Shown: positions 19,287-29,688, numbered from the stretch's first letter. The stretch is DNA of 64,000 nucleotides from an uncultured Pseudomonadales bacterium (GCA_964511175.1 CAZEEI010000002.1:2063-66062); one strand, 5' to 3'. Notes: generated by a model not told the origin, from the letters alone. Translations and numbers: made by a program.

Positions 19287-20519
19287 ATGCCTAAAAGTGG
19301 TATGTCACGAGCAGTTATCATTACGCCTACTTATAATGAACGGCCAAATATTGTCAAGCTTGTTCCGGTTTTGGCCGAAGTAATTAAGAAAATTCCCCAG
19401 TGGGAAATACTATTACTAGTGGTCGATGACTCTTCGCCAGATGGTACAGCCGAGGCAGTGCGTGATTTGGCCAAACAGTATTCTTTTGTTCGTCTTTTAG
19501 TAAATAAGCGCAAAAGCGGTCTAGGCGGTGCGTACTTGAAGGGTATGGCCGAAGCTTATGATCAATTAGGGGCGGACGTAGCCTTTGAACTGGACGCCGA
19601 TTTATCACATGATCCCAAAAAAATCCCCGCCTTTTTGCATGAAATTGATCGTGGTGCCGATCTAGTGCTGGGCTCGCGCTACGTCAAAGGTGGTTCTATT
19701 CCCAGCAACTGGGGACTACATCGTAAGTTTTTGAGTGTGGTTGGTAATTGGACTATCTCTTTAGTATTAGCTTCGCGGGCGGTGAGCGACTGGACAACTG
19801 GTTACCGGGCTATCCGCCGTCAAGTTTATGAAACGGTCAAAAATGACCTACAATCAGAGCGTTTCTCCGGTTATACCTTCCAAATTGGTTTTCTGTATAA
19901 AGCATTACGGGCTGGATTTCGCGTTACGGAAGTACCTTTTCATTTTATTGATCGCGAATACGGCGTTTCTAAATTGGGGACGGAATATATCATCAATACG
20001 CTACGCTATATTTTAACCACGCGTATCCAAGAGATAATAAGCTCGCGCATTTTTAAATTTCTGGTGGTGGGCGGCATTGGTTTTGTGGTTAATTTTGTGG
20101 CTTTCCAAGCGTTTAACGTTCTGCATCTCTGGACAGCCCTTCAGCAAAGTTTGGGTTTGATTAATGCGGCACCCTGGCTATCGCTGTTTGCTTCCGATCA
20201 AAGTGTAGCGGTAGTGTTGGGCGCAGAATGTGCCATTGTTTCCAATTATCTACTCAACAACGTTTGGACTTTTGGCGATCGCCGCATTACCGGTTGGCGC
20301 CATCTGCATAAGTTTCTTACTTTTAATGCCGGCTCGGTCGGTTCAGTAGTAATCCAATATATAACCATGCAGGCGGCAATCACTTGGTTTGGCGTCTCCA
20401 CTCTAGGACAAATGGGCGGTTTTCCTTTGCAGAGTGACTCGATCTATTTAGCGATCGGGGTATTACTGGGCATGATTTGGAACTTTACGATTTATAGCTT
20501 AGTAATTTGGAGAAAGTAG
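19287..20519 (+). CDS. GT2 polyprenol-phosphate glycosyltransferase (Dpm1/GtrB-like) fused to a C-terminal GtrA-family membrane domain
   Basis: GT2 signature (IITPTYNERPNI...LLVVDDSSPDGT...DADLSHDP) then a four-TM GtrA-like domain (FLVVGGIGFVVNFVAF...YLLNNVWTF). Confidence 0.8.
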   Translation: MPKSGMSRAVIITPTYNERPNIVKLVPVLAEVIKKIPQWEILLLVVDDSSPDGTAEAVRDLAKQYSFVRLLVNKRKSGLGGAYLKGMAEAYDQLGADVAFELDADLSHDPKKIPAFLHEIDRGADLVLGSRYVKGGSIPSNWGLHRKFLSVVGNWTISLVLASRAVSDWTTGYRAIRRQVYETVKNDLQSERFSGYTFQIGFLYKALRAGFRVTEVPFHFIDREYGVSKLGTEYIINTLRYILTTRIQEIISSRIFKFLVVGGIGFVVNFVAFQAFNVLHLWTALQQSLGLINAAPWLSLFASDQSVAVVLGAECAIVSNYLLNNVWTFGDRRITGWRHLHKFLTFNAGSVGSVVIQYITMQAAITWFGVSTLGQMGGFPLQSDSIYLAIGVLLGMIWNFTIYSLVIWRK

Positions 20520-20520
20520 T

Positions 20521-22107
20521 ATGTTGGAGCCTGCCTGGCGTTCTTACCGGTCCTGGTGGCAGCGGCGGACCAGTGCTGAGCGTGTTACTTACTTAATTTT
20601 GGTTCTAGCCACCGTGGGTGCTGCTATCCTACGCTTGGCTTTTTTTCGTAGCAATTTACAGTATTTAGCCGATCAAGGTCGGGATGTAATTATTGCCTAC
20701 GGTATTTTACATGGCGATATTGCTCTGGTTGGTCCGTCCACTAGTGTGGGTAGCATGTTCTTGGGGCCACTGTACTACTACTTTATGGCACCTTTTTTGT
20801 TATTAAGTAACTTTGATCCAATCGGTCCCGCGCTAGCAGTTGCTTGGCTAGGGATTTTAACTGTCCCGCTGATTTATTGGGTGGGTAAGCGTTTAGTTGG
20901 TCCAGCGCCAGCGTTAATCGCCGCCCTGCTTTATGCCGGTGCGCCGGTGGTAATTGAGTATACTCGTTTTTCTTGGAATCCTAATCCCGCTCCGATAGTG
21001 ATGTTATGCTTACTTTATTGTGTTTGGCGAGCCTGGCGTGGTTCGGCCTGGTGGTGGTGCGGCGCGGCAGCGGCGATTGCTGTCCTCAGTCAACTCCACT
21101 ACGTGGCCCTACTCGCTGCCGCGCCCACTGGTCTCTACTGGTTAGCCGATGTGGTCCGTTCGGTACGATCCCGCCGCCAACGTCTGCCTAGTTTGGGGCA
21201 GTCTACTTTAGCGGCAGGTCTGATCATTTTGTTTTCCTTACTGCCGCTAATTGTCTTTAACTGGCGTTTCGATAATCTAATTTGGAAAGGCTTCGTCGAT
21301 TTCCTGAATGGTGATCAGGATGTCAAAACGGTTGTTCAACCATTGTCTTCCTTAGTGCGTTCGCTGCGGGAAACACAGGGTCGAGCTCTCCAAACCGTGT
21401 TTGAAATTTGGGGAAAGGAATGGAGTCCTTGGTACCGTCAAATCAACATCAGTTTATTGAGCGGCTATGTAGTCGTTTTAGCGGTGGGTTGGTATCGTTT
21501 CAGCCGTTCACGTTACCGCGACGGTTATAATTTGCTGTTGGCAGCGTCGCTTAGTACCTGGTTGGGTCTTTCCTGGTACCGTTCCAGTGTTTTTTTTCAT
21601 TATTTCTCCTTTTTCTTCCCAGTGGCCTATCTTCTAACCGGTATAGTAGTTGTCCAACTTTATCGCTGGTTTAAGTGGCTGGGCTTTGTCCTGGCCGCTG
21701 TTTTGTTGGGTTATATTGGTTGGCTGGCTGCACGCCCGGAAAATACTTTGTATCTTAATCGGTTGGGTTGGCAAATCGATGATGTTAAGCGGGTGGCGGC
21801 GCAAGTTTCCGCTTTAGTACCGGATGGGAAAACTTATTCTTTAACCGAATTATCGGCCTTGCGTGATTACCGCGGTTTGGTTTACCGTTATTTCCTATTG
21901 AAATCGAATCATCCACCGGTGTCGTTGGAACGTTCGGCCGAAGCTGATTATTTAGTAGTGATTGCGGACGATCCCCGCCAACCAGGTGATGTACTAAGCT
22001 CGCCAGTTTACGAAATTGCTGCTTTCCCCAGGGGAGATTACCGTATTGTGCAAAGTGAGAATGGTCCCTGGTTGTACCTTATTAGTCGTTCAACTATGGT
22101 AGAGTAG
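20521..22107 (+). CDS. GT-C fold membrane glycosyltransferase, ArnT/PMT (GT39/GT83)-like
   Basis: Polytopic N-terminal half with a DQGRD...GP.....GS.FLGPLYYY loop motif, and a C-terminal soluble domain. Paralog of the gene at 1..732. Confidence 0.7.
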   Translation: MLEPAWRSYRSWWQRRTSAERVTYLILVLATVGAAILRLAFFRSNLQYLADQGRDVIIAYGILHGDIALVGPSTSVGSMFLGPLYYYFMAPFLLLSNFDPIGPALAVAWLGILTVPLIYWVGKRLVGPAPALIAALLYAGAPVVIEYTRFSWNPNPAPIVMLCLLYCVWRAWRGSAWWWCGAAAAIAVLSQLHYVALLAAAPTGLYWLADVVRSVRSRRQRLPSLGQSTLAAGLIILFSLLPLIVFNWRFDNLIWKGFVDFLNGDQDVKTVVQPLSSLVRSLRETQGRALQTVFEIWGKEWSPWYRQINISLLSGYVVVLAVGWYRFSRSRYRDGYNLLLAASLSTWLGLSWYRSSVFFHYFSFFFPVAYLLTGIVVVQLYRWFKWLGFVLAAVLLGYIGWLAARPENTLYLNRLGWQIDDVKRVAAQVSALVPDGKTYSLTELSALRDYRGLVYRYFLLKSNHPPVSLERSAEADYLVVIADDPRQPGDVLSSPVYEIAAFPRGDYRIVQSENGPWLYLISRSTMVE

Positions 22108-22113
22108 AACCAT

Positions 22114-22866
22114 ATGGCCGCGCCTTTTTTATCGGTAGTTATTCCCTCCTATAATGAGAAAACCAATTTGGCACGTGGGGTGCTGGATCGGGTAATCGAT
22201 TTTTTGCAGAAACAGTCTTATGGCTGGGAGGTGGTGCTTACTGATGATGGTTCAACGGATGGCACTGTGGCGGCGCTGCATAGTTTTGCCCACCAGCATC
22301 CAGAAGCGCGGGTAATCGAAAATGTACATCGCGGCAAAGGACCCACGGTGGCCGCCGGGATGTTGGCAGCGACTGGTCAGTATCGCTTATTTACTGATTT
22401 TGACCAATCTACCCCGATTGAAGATTTGGCCAGATTTATGCCGTTTATTCGTGATGGTTATGACGTCGTAATTGGTTCCCGCGCTGTACAGGGGGCGCAA
22501 CGAGCCAGTGAACCTCTCCATCGCCATTTGATGGGTAAGGTGTTCAATCTTTTAGTGCAAATGATTGCTGTTCCTGGTATCCACGACACCCAGTGCGGTT
22601 TTAAACTTTTTTCGGCGGTGGCCACGGAGAAATTATTTCCTAAAATGGTAATTTATGGTGGGAAAGAGCGGCAAGATGCTTTTACCGGTGCTTTTGACGT
22701 CGAGCTTTTGCTGTTGGCGCGCCGCGCTGGCTACCAAATTGCGGAGGTGCCAGTGCAGTGGCAACATAATGAAACCCAACGAGTGAGTCCAGTTAAGGAT
22801 TCACTGCGGATGTTTGGCGACATCATTAAAATCCGTTGGGCCGATTTGGCGAAGCGCTATCAATGA
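22114..22866 (+). CDS. GT2 glycosyltransferase (polyprenol-phosphate sugar synthase-like)
   Basis: LSVVIPSYNEKTNL...VVLTDDGSTDGT...DFDQSTP motifs; 250 aa soluble GT2. Confidence 0.8.
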   Translation: MAAPFLSVVIPSYNEKTNLARGVLDRVIDFLQKQSYGWEVVLTDDGSTDGTVAALHSFAHQHPEARVIENVHRGKGPTVAAGMLAATGQYRLFTDFDQSTPIEDLARFMPFIRDGYDVVIGSRAVQGAQRASEPLHRHLMGKVFNLLVQMIAVPGIHDTQCGFKLFSAVATEKLFPKMVIYGGKERQDAFTGAFDVELLLLARRAGYQIAEVPVQWQHNETQRVSPVKDSLRMFGDIIKIRWADLAKRYQ

Positions 22867-24059
22867 ACACACGGTATCGTTGGGGACTCGGTTTTTATTT
22901 TCTCACATTAGTGATTCTAGCCGCGTGGTCTTACGCTTTTACCGATCCTAACTTAATCATGTTGAACCAGCCCTGGTTTGTCGTCTGGCAAAATTATTGG
23001 TGGCAGATAGCGCAAAATGCAGGGTTATTAGGAGGTTTGTTTATCAGTTTAACTACGGTGATGGTGATTGGTTATCTCAATTTATGGCGAGCGCTGTCGG
23101 TTAAATCGATAAGACTAAAAAAGTTTATTCCTTGGTTAACGGCAATTGCAGTGATTTTGTCACTAGGTTATAACGCCTATTCGCACGATATTTTCAATTA
23201 CCTGTTTAACGCCAAAATGATTTGGCAGTACGGTGCCAACCCGCATGTGCAAGTGGCCCTTGATTTTGTCGGCGATCCCTGGCTGCGCTTTATGCATAAC
23301 GTGCACACACCAGCTCCCTACGGCTACGGTTGGACGGTTCTTTCGCTAGTTCCTTATGCCTTTAGTTTTGGTAAATTTCTTACTGCTTACCTAGCCATGA
23401 AGGGGTGGATGATAGTGGGCTGGGTCTGGTTATTGGGGGCAGTTTGGCAGTTAATCCGGTCGGATAAGTTGGATCATCCCGCTCAACGCTGGTTAGGGCT
23501 AGCCTTCCACCCTTTAGTGTTGATCGAAACCCTGCTTAATGGACACAACGATGTTTGGATGATGGCGCCAGCCTTGACGGCTTGGTACTTACTCAGTCAT
23601 CGCCGCCGCAGTGCTACTACTATTGGTTTAGTGATTGGTTTGATGGTGTTTTCGATTTCAATTAAGTTTGTGACAATCTTGTTGTTGCCGCTAATGTTAC
23701 TAACGTGGTGGCCGCTAAAATTGAGACCACAATTAGATTGGATAAGAGATCACTGGGCCGAAATAGCGACCTTATTATTAATATTACCGTTGTTAACGTC
23801 CCGCTCCCAACAATTTCATCCTTGGTATTTAATTTGGGCCCTATCCTTCCTGCCATTAACCCGGTGGCGCTGGTTGGAGTGGGGGGTAAGCGGATTATCG
23901 CTGAGTGCGTTGTATCGTTACTATCCGTGGATTCTTAATGATTTTCAATATACTGATCAAGTCGAGTTGCAAATGCGCCTGATCACCTGGAGCGGTTTAC
24001 TGTTGGGATTAGGCGGGTGGTTAATGGTTCGCTGGCAATATAATCGGAAACATCATTAG
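22863..24059 (+). CDS. Polytopic membrane protein (possible GT-C/DUF2029-like mannosyltransferase)
   Basis: At least 10 predicted TM helices with conserved loops (HNDVWMMAPAL, HPWYL). The ATG at 22863 overlaps the upstream stop (ATGA). Last gene of the plus-strand operon. Confidence 0.45.
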   Translation: MNTRYRWGLGFYFLTLVILAAWSYAFTDPNLIMLNQPWFVVWQNYWWQIAQNAGLLGGLFISLTTVMVIGYLNLWRALSVKSIRLKKFIPWLTAIAVILSLGYNAYSHDIFNYLFNAKMIWQYGANPHVQVALDFVGDPWLRFMHNVHTPAPYGYGWTVLSLVPYAFSFGKFLTAYLAMKGWMIVGWVWLLGAVWQLIRSDKLDHPAQRWLGLAFHPLVLIETLLNGHNDVWMMAPALTAWYLLSHRRRSATTIGLVIGLMVFSISIKFVTILLLPLMLLTWWPLKLRPQLDWIRDHWAEIATLLLILPLLTSRSQQFHPWYLIWALSFLPLTRWRWLEWGVSGLSLSALYRYYPWILNDFQYTDQVELQMRLITWSGLLLGLGGWLMVRWQYNRKHH

Positions 24060-24061
24060 TT

Positions 24062-25552
24062 TTAGTTGTTTTGCCGTACCCTGCTTAGTTCTCTAAAGAA
24101 AAAGGCATCTCCCTTGCCGGTATATTGGTATTGCAGAGTGTTGCCCTCAAGTGTGTTACCAATCCACAGCGCTCGCTGAGTCGACTTTGGATTAAACAGA
24201 ACACCGTTGATTGCATCGGCATATTCAGTCATATTCGACAAAGCACCTAATATTAAACACGTTACCAATGCCTTTTTTATATTTCCTTTGCTTGTTTTAA
24301 GAGCCAAGGGTACATAGGTAAAAATAACCAACCAAGGAATTACTGATACTCTCATTGAAAAATCATGACATAACCCATAATCCACCAATAAAATTATGGT
24401 CATAGTTACCGCAGCCGTAAGCATTAGTCCCTGATCAATCCTGCTCTGTATTGCTCCAGTTTTCCACACTACAGACCACAAGAGTCCAAATTCCAAAGTA
24501 ATAAACAATAGTAAAATCGCCCAATTATTTAAAAGCCAAGTTAAACCTCTAATCTTAGCTGCTGCTCCACCAGCAGTGCCAAGATCCATTGATAAAAAAT
24601 AGAGACTAGTTGGTATGGCAATCACTATTAAAGATAAAATATTGGGGACGCTAATAAATTTTTTAATCCGGAATTTTTCTAAAAGCAAAAGGCAGATAGC
24701 AAATGGCAAGAGACCGATAGCCACTAAAGGGGACCACAACAATAGCAGACAAGCGAATAAAATAAGTAATTTATAATTTGATTTTTTTAAAAGCGTTAGC
24801 GTCTCAAAGGTGGCAATCCAAGCGCAAATATAATGTTGAATCGACCAACGCCAAGCTGTTCCCATGGAATGATAATTGGCAATATGTTGTCCATTGCGTC
24901 CAGTTATATTAGCCCAATGGTCTAGGTGGACTAGAGGATCGGGCCAAGTACCCGTTGTTAGAACATAGCCGATAACGTCCATGCCGGCAAAAAACAAAAA
25001 TAAAAGAAAAGTTTTTAGGGTTGGCTTGCCGGTTGCCACCAACATCCAGAACACGCCCAAGCCAGCACCTAAGAAAGACCAGACAAGTAAAGTTGTTTCA
25101 CAAGCGCGGTAACTGCCTAAAACCTTACCAATTAGTGCAGCTGGTAAATAAAAGGCTACATAGTAATTTAATACCTGGTTTGAACCATCACTAGTCACCG
25201 CATTGTAAGAAACAGGCCAACTTTTCTCATACAAATCATGCAATACGGCATTATTTTTTGCCCAATCTCCTGTCTGTTTTCCGATAACCGCCCCAACCCC
25301 TGTCGCTAGCAATAAAGCTAAGATAATTCCCAGGATAATGAAAACTGTTGATTTTTCCAACGCGAATTTTTTAAAAGGAATTTTTTGGATTTCCTTACCA
25401 GTAAAATATAAAATTACGGTTAATCCTAGAGATAAGATTAGCGGGTAAATATTTTTTAGATTACCCAAATAAAAAATAAAATAAGGGATAATTAAATATA
25501 AAATCCCCAAAAACATCATTAATCGTTGTGATTTTTCTCCAAATACAAACAC
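24062..25552 (-). CDS. Polytopic membrane protein (O-antigen polymerase/ligase- or GT-C-like), AT-rich
   Basis: 496 aa with more than 10 TM helices and a visibly lower GC than its neighbours. Last gene of the minus-strand glycan operon. Confidence 0.45.
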   Translation of the reverse strand: MFVFGEKSQRLMMFLGILYLIIPYFIFYLGNLKNIYPLILSLGLTVILYFTGKEIQKIPFKKFALEKSTVFIILGIILALLLATGVGAVIGKQTGDWAKNNAVLHDLYEKSWPVSYNAVTSDGSNQVLNYYVAFYLPAALIGKVLGSYRACETTLLVWSFLGAGLGVFWMLVATGKPTLKTFLLFLFFAGMDVIGYVLTTGTWPDPLVHLDHWANITGRNGQHIANYHSMGTAWRWSIQHYICAWIATFETLTLLKKSNYKLLILFACLLLLWSPLVAIGLLPFAICLLLLEKFRIKKFISVPNILSLIVIAIPTSLYFLSMDLGTAGGAAAKIRGLTWLLNNWAILLLFITLEFGLLWSVVWKTGAIQSRIDQGLMLTAAVTMTIILLVDYGLCHDFSMRVSVIPWLVIFTYVPLALKTSKGNIKKALVTCLILGALSNMTEYADAINGVLFNPKSTQRALWIGNTLEGNTLQYQYTGKGDAFFFRELSRVRQNN

Positions 25553-25555
25553 TTC

Positions 25556-26506
25556 TTAATCCTCAAAATTAATTCTTTTCTCTTCAATAACCAATGGTCG
25601 CCTAATTACTCTGGAATTAATACTCAAAACATATTCTCCTAAGATGCCAATAAAAAATAATTGGACAGCGCCAAGAAAATAAACACCAATAGTAGCCGCT
25701 GCTGCCCCGGCATCAAAACTATACCAGTTAGTTATTTTTTGAAACAAAGTTATGGCGGCCACCATCAAACAGAGTAGGGATAGTCCAGCTCCGACAAAAG
25801 TGGCTATTCGCAGCAGCGTTTTGGAATAAGAAGTGATCCCCAACATTGCAAAATCATACATTTTCAAAAAATTAGCATAAGACTTACCATGTTCACGTTT
25901 ATTCTGTGTGTAATAAATTTTTTCAATACCGAATCCCATTTCCGCAATAATCCCGCGCAAATACGGAACAGGATCATCAATTTGCCGCAGAACTTCAATA
26001 AAAGATTTATCCAACAATTCATAATCCGTAAAATGCGCAATTTGTTCGACTTCGGACATGGTTTTCATTAGCTGGTAATAAATGCTTCGCACGAAATATA
26101 CCAGACCATTTTCTTTACTCTTATTTTTAATGCCAATGATAACTTTGCCTCCACTCTCCCACTTTTTTATAAACCGGGGAATGAGATTAGGTGGATTTTG
26201 CAAATCAGCATGAATGAGCATAATTGCATCACCGGTCATCTGGGTCAATCCATAAAAATGGGAACGAGAGTAACCAAAATTCCGGGCATTGAAGATGGCT
26301 TTTACCCGCCTATCTCGCGCGCACAATGTCTCAATTAATGTTCGAGTTTTATCACTAGAGCAATTATCAATAAAAACAAGTTCAAAATTATATTGAGGCA
26401 ATTTATTTTCCATCACTTTTATAACTTCGGTATAAACCAGTGAAACATTTCCCTCTTCATTATAAGTAGGAACAAGTATGGAAATAACTTTCTTTTTTTT
26501 CTTCAT
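25556..26506 (-). CDS. GT2 glycosyltransferase with C-terminal TM helices
   Basis: ISILVPTYNEEGNV...FIDNCSSDKT...HADLQNPP motifs, and two C-terminal TM helices as in polyprenol-phosphate GT2 enzymes. Confidence 0.8.
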   Translation of the reverse strand: MKKKKKVISILVPTYNEEGNVSLVYTEVIKVMENKLPQYNFELVFIDNCSSDKTRTLIETLCARDRRVKAIFNARNFGYSRSHFYGLTQMTGDAIMLIHADLQNPPNLIPRFIKKWESGGKVIIGIKNKSKENGLVYFVRSIYYQLMKTMSEVEQIAHFTDYELLDKSFIEVLRQIDDPVPYLRGIIAEMGFGIEKIYYTQNKREHGKSYANFLKMYDFAMLGITSYSKTLLRIATFVGAGLSLLCLMVAAITLFQKITNWYSFDAGAAAATIGVYFLGAVQLFFIGILGEYVLSINSRVIRRPLVIEEKRINFED

Positions 26507-26512
26507 TCTTTA

Positions 26513-27682
26513 TTAATCTATTTTTACTACTTTAGCAATTTCTAAGGCTCGTTCCAGTGCTTGGTCCATATTATAATACTTAAAGTCAGCCAAACGACCA
26601 CAATAATATAGATTAGGAATCTTGTCCGCTTGCTTTTGATAAGCTGCGTGCTGTTTTTGGCTTTCTTCAGTCAATAACGGATAATATGGTTCAAGTTTTT
26701 TGCCCTTTTTGTATGGTAGGGGATATTCCACTGCATAGGTAGAACCTTTTACTGCCTGTTTAGGTAATTTTTTATATTCGGTAATACGCGTATAACCCTT
26801 GGCTTGTGGATAAGCTACCACCGGCGCCGCTTGTATACTTTTCTTATTCTCATACTTCCATTCAAAACGTAGGGACCGATAAGGAAGACTGCCATGGTTA
26901 CAACCGAATAATTCATCCAGAGCGCCGGTATAGATTACGGGGCAGCTAATAGGTTGTTCTTCTCGCAATAACGTTTTTCCATCGGTAGATACGGATAGAT
27001 ATTTTAAAGCTTCTTTGCCAAGATTTAAGGTGATATTGGGATGATCTAATATTTTTTCGAAAAATGCAGTGTAGCTGACTTTTGGCATCATTTGGTATTG
27101 GTCATCAAAATAACCAACATCATAAGAAAAGCGCAGCGGTACACGTTTTAATATACTAGGATCAATCATTTTGGGTGAAACACCCCATTGTTTGGCGGCG
27201 TACAAACTATAGTCTTTCGCAAAAAGAAATTGGGCATAACCTTGTATTAGTGGATCTTCATTTTCTAATACTTCCATCACTGTAGCAGTTTGGCGCTTAC
27301 CGAATGCGGCTTGAATATGCGCCTTTAATTCCATTGCCTGTTCTAGTGGATAAAAATCATCAATAGTTTGAAAGTTAAATGGTGTTGGTGTGGTAATGCC
27401 ATCGATCTCTGCCAGGCAAATTAATTGATAATCTTGCCAGGCAATAAATCGTTTTAAGTAATTACATAGTGATCTGTTATTGGTATGAAATACGTGCGGG
27501 CCATATTTTTGCACCAAAATACCATGCTGATCAACATAGTCATACATATTGCCGCCAATGTGATTGCGGCGTTCCCAAACAACTACTTTTTTTCCTCTTT
27601 CCTCAGCCAGGTAACGCGCTATGACACTACCGACCAAACCGGAGCCAACAATAATTGCCTCAGAGTTATCCTTAATCAGCAC
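26513..27682 (-). CDS. glf: UDP-galactopyranose mutase
   Basis: FAD Rossmann IIVGSGLVGSVIARYLAEE plus the Glf-specific KVVVWERRNHIGGNMYD...GILVQKYGPHVFHTNN. Confidence 0.9.
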   Translation of the reverse strand: MLIKDNSEAIIVGSGLVGSVIARYLAEERGKKVVVWERRNHIGGNMYDYVDQHGILVQKYGPHVFHTNNRSLCNYLKRFIAWQDYQLICLAEIDGITTPTPFNFQTIDDFYPLEQAMELKAHIQAAFGKRQTATVMEVLENEDPLIQGYAQFLFAKDYSLYAAKQWGVSPKMIDPSILKRVPLRFSYDVGYFDDQYQMMPKVSYTAFFEKILDHPNITLNLGKEALKYLSVSTDGKTLLREEQPISCPVIYTGALDELFGCNHGSLPYRSLRFEWKYENKKSIQAAPVVAYPQAKGYTRITEYKKLPKQAVKGSTYAVEYPLPYKKGKKLEPYYPLLTEESQKQHAAYQKQADKIPNLYYCGRLADFKYYNMDQALERALEIAKVVKID

Positions 27683-28602
27683 GATGATTTTTCCAATTTT
27701 ACTCTATTGATCACATCTCTGATGCCGTTTTCAAAAGATATTTTTGGCACAAAACCAGTATCTTCTTGTAACGCTGAAAGATCGATACAAGAACTAGGTA
27801 GTCGGTTGTCAACATAAGGAATTTCACCAATACCAAGCGGCAACATGGGGTTAATTAAATCCTTAATGATGCCAATATATTGGTTCAATGGTTGATTGTC
27901 CCCGTGCCCAATGGCATAAAAACGCCCAGTTTTTCCTTTTTTACCTATTAGATATAACGCCTCAATCAAGTCGTCGATGTGGATATAATCCCATTTTTGT
28001 TCCAGTTTGGTAAGTGATGGTTTTTTACCATCTAAAAGTTGATCAATAGTGTAAAAAATAACATTATTATCACGTCTGTCAGCGGCATAAATACCAGTTG
28101 TCACAACGTAGATAAAACCTACTTTTAATTGTCTAGCCAACTCTTCACAGAGGAATCTAGTAGCAATTTTGACGCTACCGTAAGCATTCTGCGCTGAAGG
28201 TATAGCGTTTTCATTAATTGGTTTACTGTAGTACAGATATTCACTGGTTGATCCAGGCAAAATAAATTTTTTAACGCCTGCCATAGCTGCGAAGCGGATA
28301 CAGTTTAAACTCAGTGGAATATTTTCTATCTGCAAATCAAAATCATTGCGACAATCTGGATTCACACCCTGCCATGCTAAGTGATACATCACGTCCGCTT
28401 TTTTAGGAAAATCCGCCAAATGTGACTGTAATTCACTTAATTCGCATTCAACGATATGGATTTTCGGCAAATCAGCCAGACGGTTTTTAGAAGTATTATG
28501 GGAAGTAACATTGGCCCATACTTCGACACCCGCATCAACCAACTGATGTATTAAATGAGAGCCAATAAACCCGCTTGCACCCGTAATAATTGCGCGCTTC
28601 AT
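27676..28602 (-). CDS. NAD-dependent epimerase/dehydratase (possibly CDP-6-deoxyhexose epimerase/reductase)
   Basis: MKRAIITGASGFIGSHLIHQL Rossmann motif and a YxxxK (YGSVK). It lies next to the CDP-glucose 4,6-dehydratase gene. Confidence 0.75.
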   Translation of the reverse strand: MKRAIITGASGFIGSHLIHQLVDAGVEVWANVTSHNTSKNRLADLPKIHIVECELSELQSHLADFPKKADVMYHLAWQGVNPDCRNDFDLQIENIPLSLNCIRFAAMAGVKKFILPGSTSEYLYYSKPINENAIPSAQNAYGSVKIATRFLCEELARQLKVGFIYVVTTGIYAADRRDNNVIFYTIDQLLDGKKPSLTKLEQKWDYIHIDDLIEALYLIGKKGKTGRFYAIGHGDNQPLNQYIGIIKDLINPMLPLGIGEIPYVDNRLPSSCIDLSALQEDTGFVPKISFENGIRDVINRVKLEKSSC

Positions 28603-28605
28603 ATT

Positions 28606-29688
28606 TTACTTCAGATACTCCTCAATTTGTTGATTCGTCAATTGAATAATCTCTCCAGAAGGGTATTTATTCAGCAATGCTTTGCTCCACTCCACCGTTT
28701 TATCAACGGCCTGATCAATATGCCAAAGGGGATGCCAATTAAAAACTTTTTTTATCCGGGAACAATCCAATTTTAGGAAATTTGCCTCATGTGGAGCATT
28801 TTTTATTGATATATTTTTCCACTTTGCTGGTTTACCCCAATGAGCGCAAAAAAGATCAACTAATTCTTTGGTAGAGATACAATCTTCATCGTCAGGACCG
28901 ATGTTGTAATTTTCCTCATACACTCCTGGTTGTCCGCATTGTCGACTTGCTATTAACAAATAAGCACAGATTGGTTCCAGAACATGCTGCCAGGGCCGCG
29001 TTGAGTTGGGATTACGCACAATGATAGTTTTTTTTCTTTCCATAGCCCGAACACAATCGGGAATAAGGCGATCCGAGGAAAAATCGCCGCCACCAATCAC
29101 ATTTCCTGCCCGACACGTGGCGATTGCCACTTTACTATCGGCAAAGAAAGCATGGCGGTAAGAAGATGTTACCAATTCGGAACATGATTTGGAATTAGAA
29201 TATGGATCATAACCATTTAAACGATCAGTTTCGCGGTATCCCCACGCCCACTCTTCATTCAAGTAGACTTTATCGGTGGTGACATTAATTACTGACTGAA
29301 CAGAAGGGCAGGAGCGTACAGCTTCTAATAGGTTGACTGTACCCATCACGTTAGTGGCATAAGTCTGTACTGGATCACGATATGATTCACGTACGAGCGG
29401 CTGAGCTGCCATATGGATAACAATTTCGGGTTTAGCTCTGCGCATTGTTTGGCGCAAGTGCTCTAAGTCCCTGATGTCACCGATTACCGAGTTTATTTGT
29501 TTAGTCAAACCAAGCATGGTAAAAAGATTAGGATTAGTTGGCGGTTTTAGTGCATACCCAGTGACTTTGCCTCCAAGACCAACGAGAACCTGGCACATCC
29601 AACTCCCTTTAAAACCGGTATGCCCCGTAATAAATATTCTTTTTCCTTGGTAAGTTGAGAGATCCATTATTTGGTCCACTTCATCCAT
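28606..29688 (-). CDS. rfbG: CDP-glucose 4,6-dehydratase
   Basis: GKRIFITGHTGFKGSWMCQVL is the characteristic RfbG/DdhB N-terminus; 360 aa. Confidence 0.88.
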   Translation of the reverse strand: MDEVDQIMDLSTYQGKRIFITGHTGFKGSWMCQVLVGLGGKVTGYALKPPTNPNLFTMLGLTKQINSVIGDIRDLEHLRQTMRRAKPEIVIHMAAQPLVRESYRDPVQTYATNVMGTVNLLEAVRSCPSVQSVINVTTDKVYLNEEWAWGYRETDRLNGYDPYSNSKSCSELVTSSYRHAFFADSKVAIATCRAGNVIGGGDFSSDRLIPDCVRAMERKKTIIVRNPNSTRPWQHVLEPICAYLLIASRQCGQPGVYEENYNIGPDDEDCISTKELVDLFCAHWGKPAKWKNISIKNAPHEANFLKLDCSRIKKVFNWHPLWHIDQAVDKTVEWSKALLNKYPSGEIIQLTNQQIEEYLK

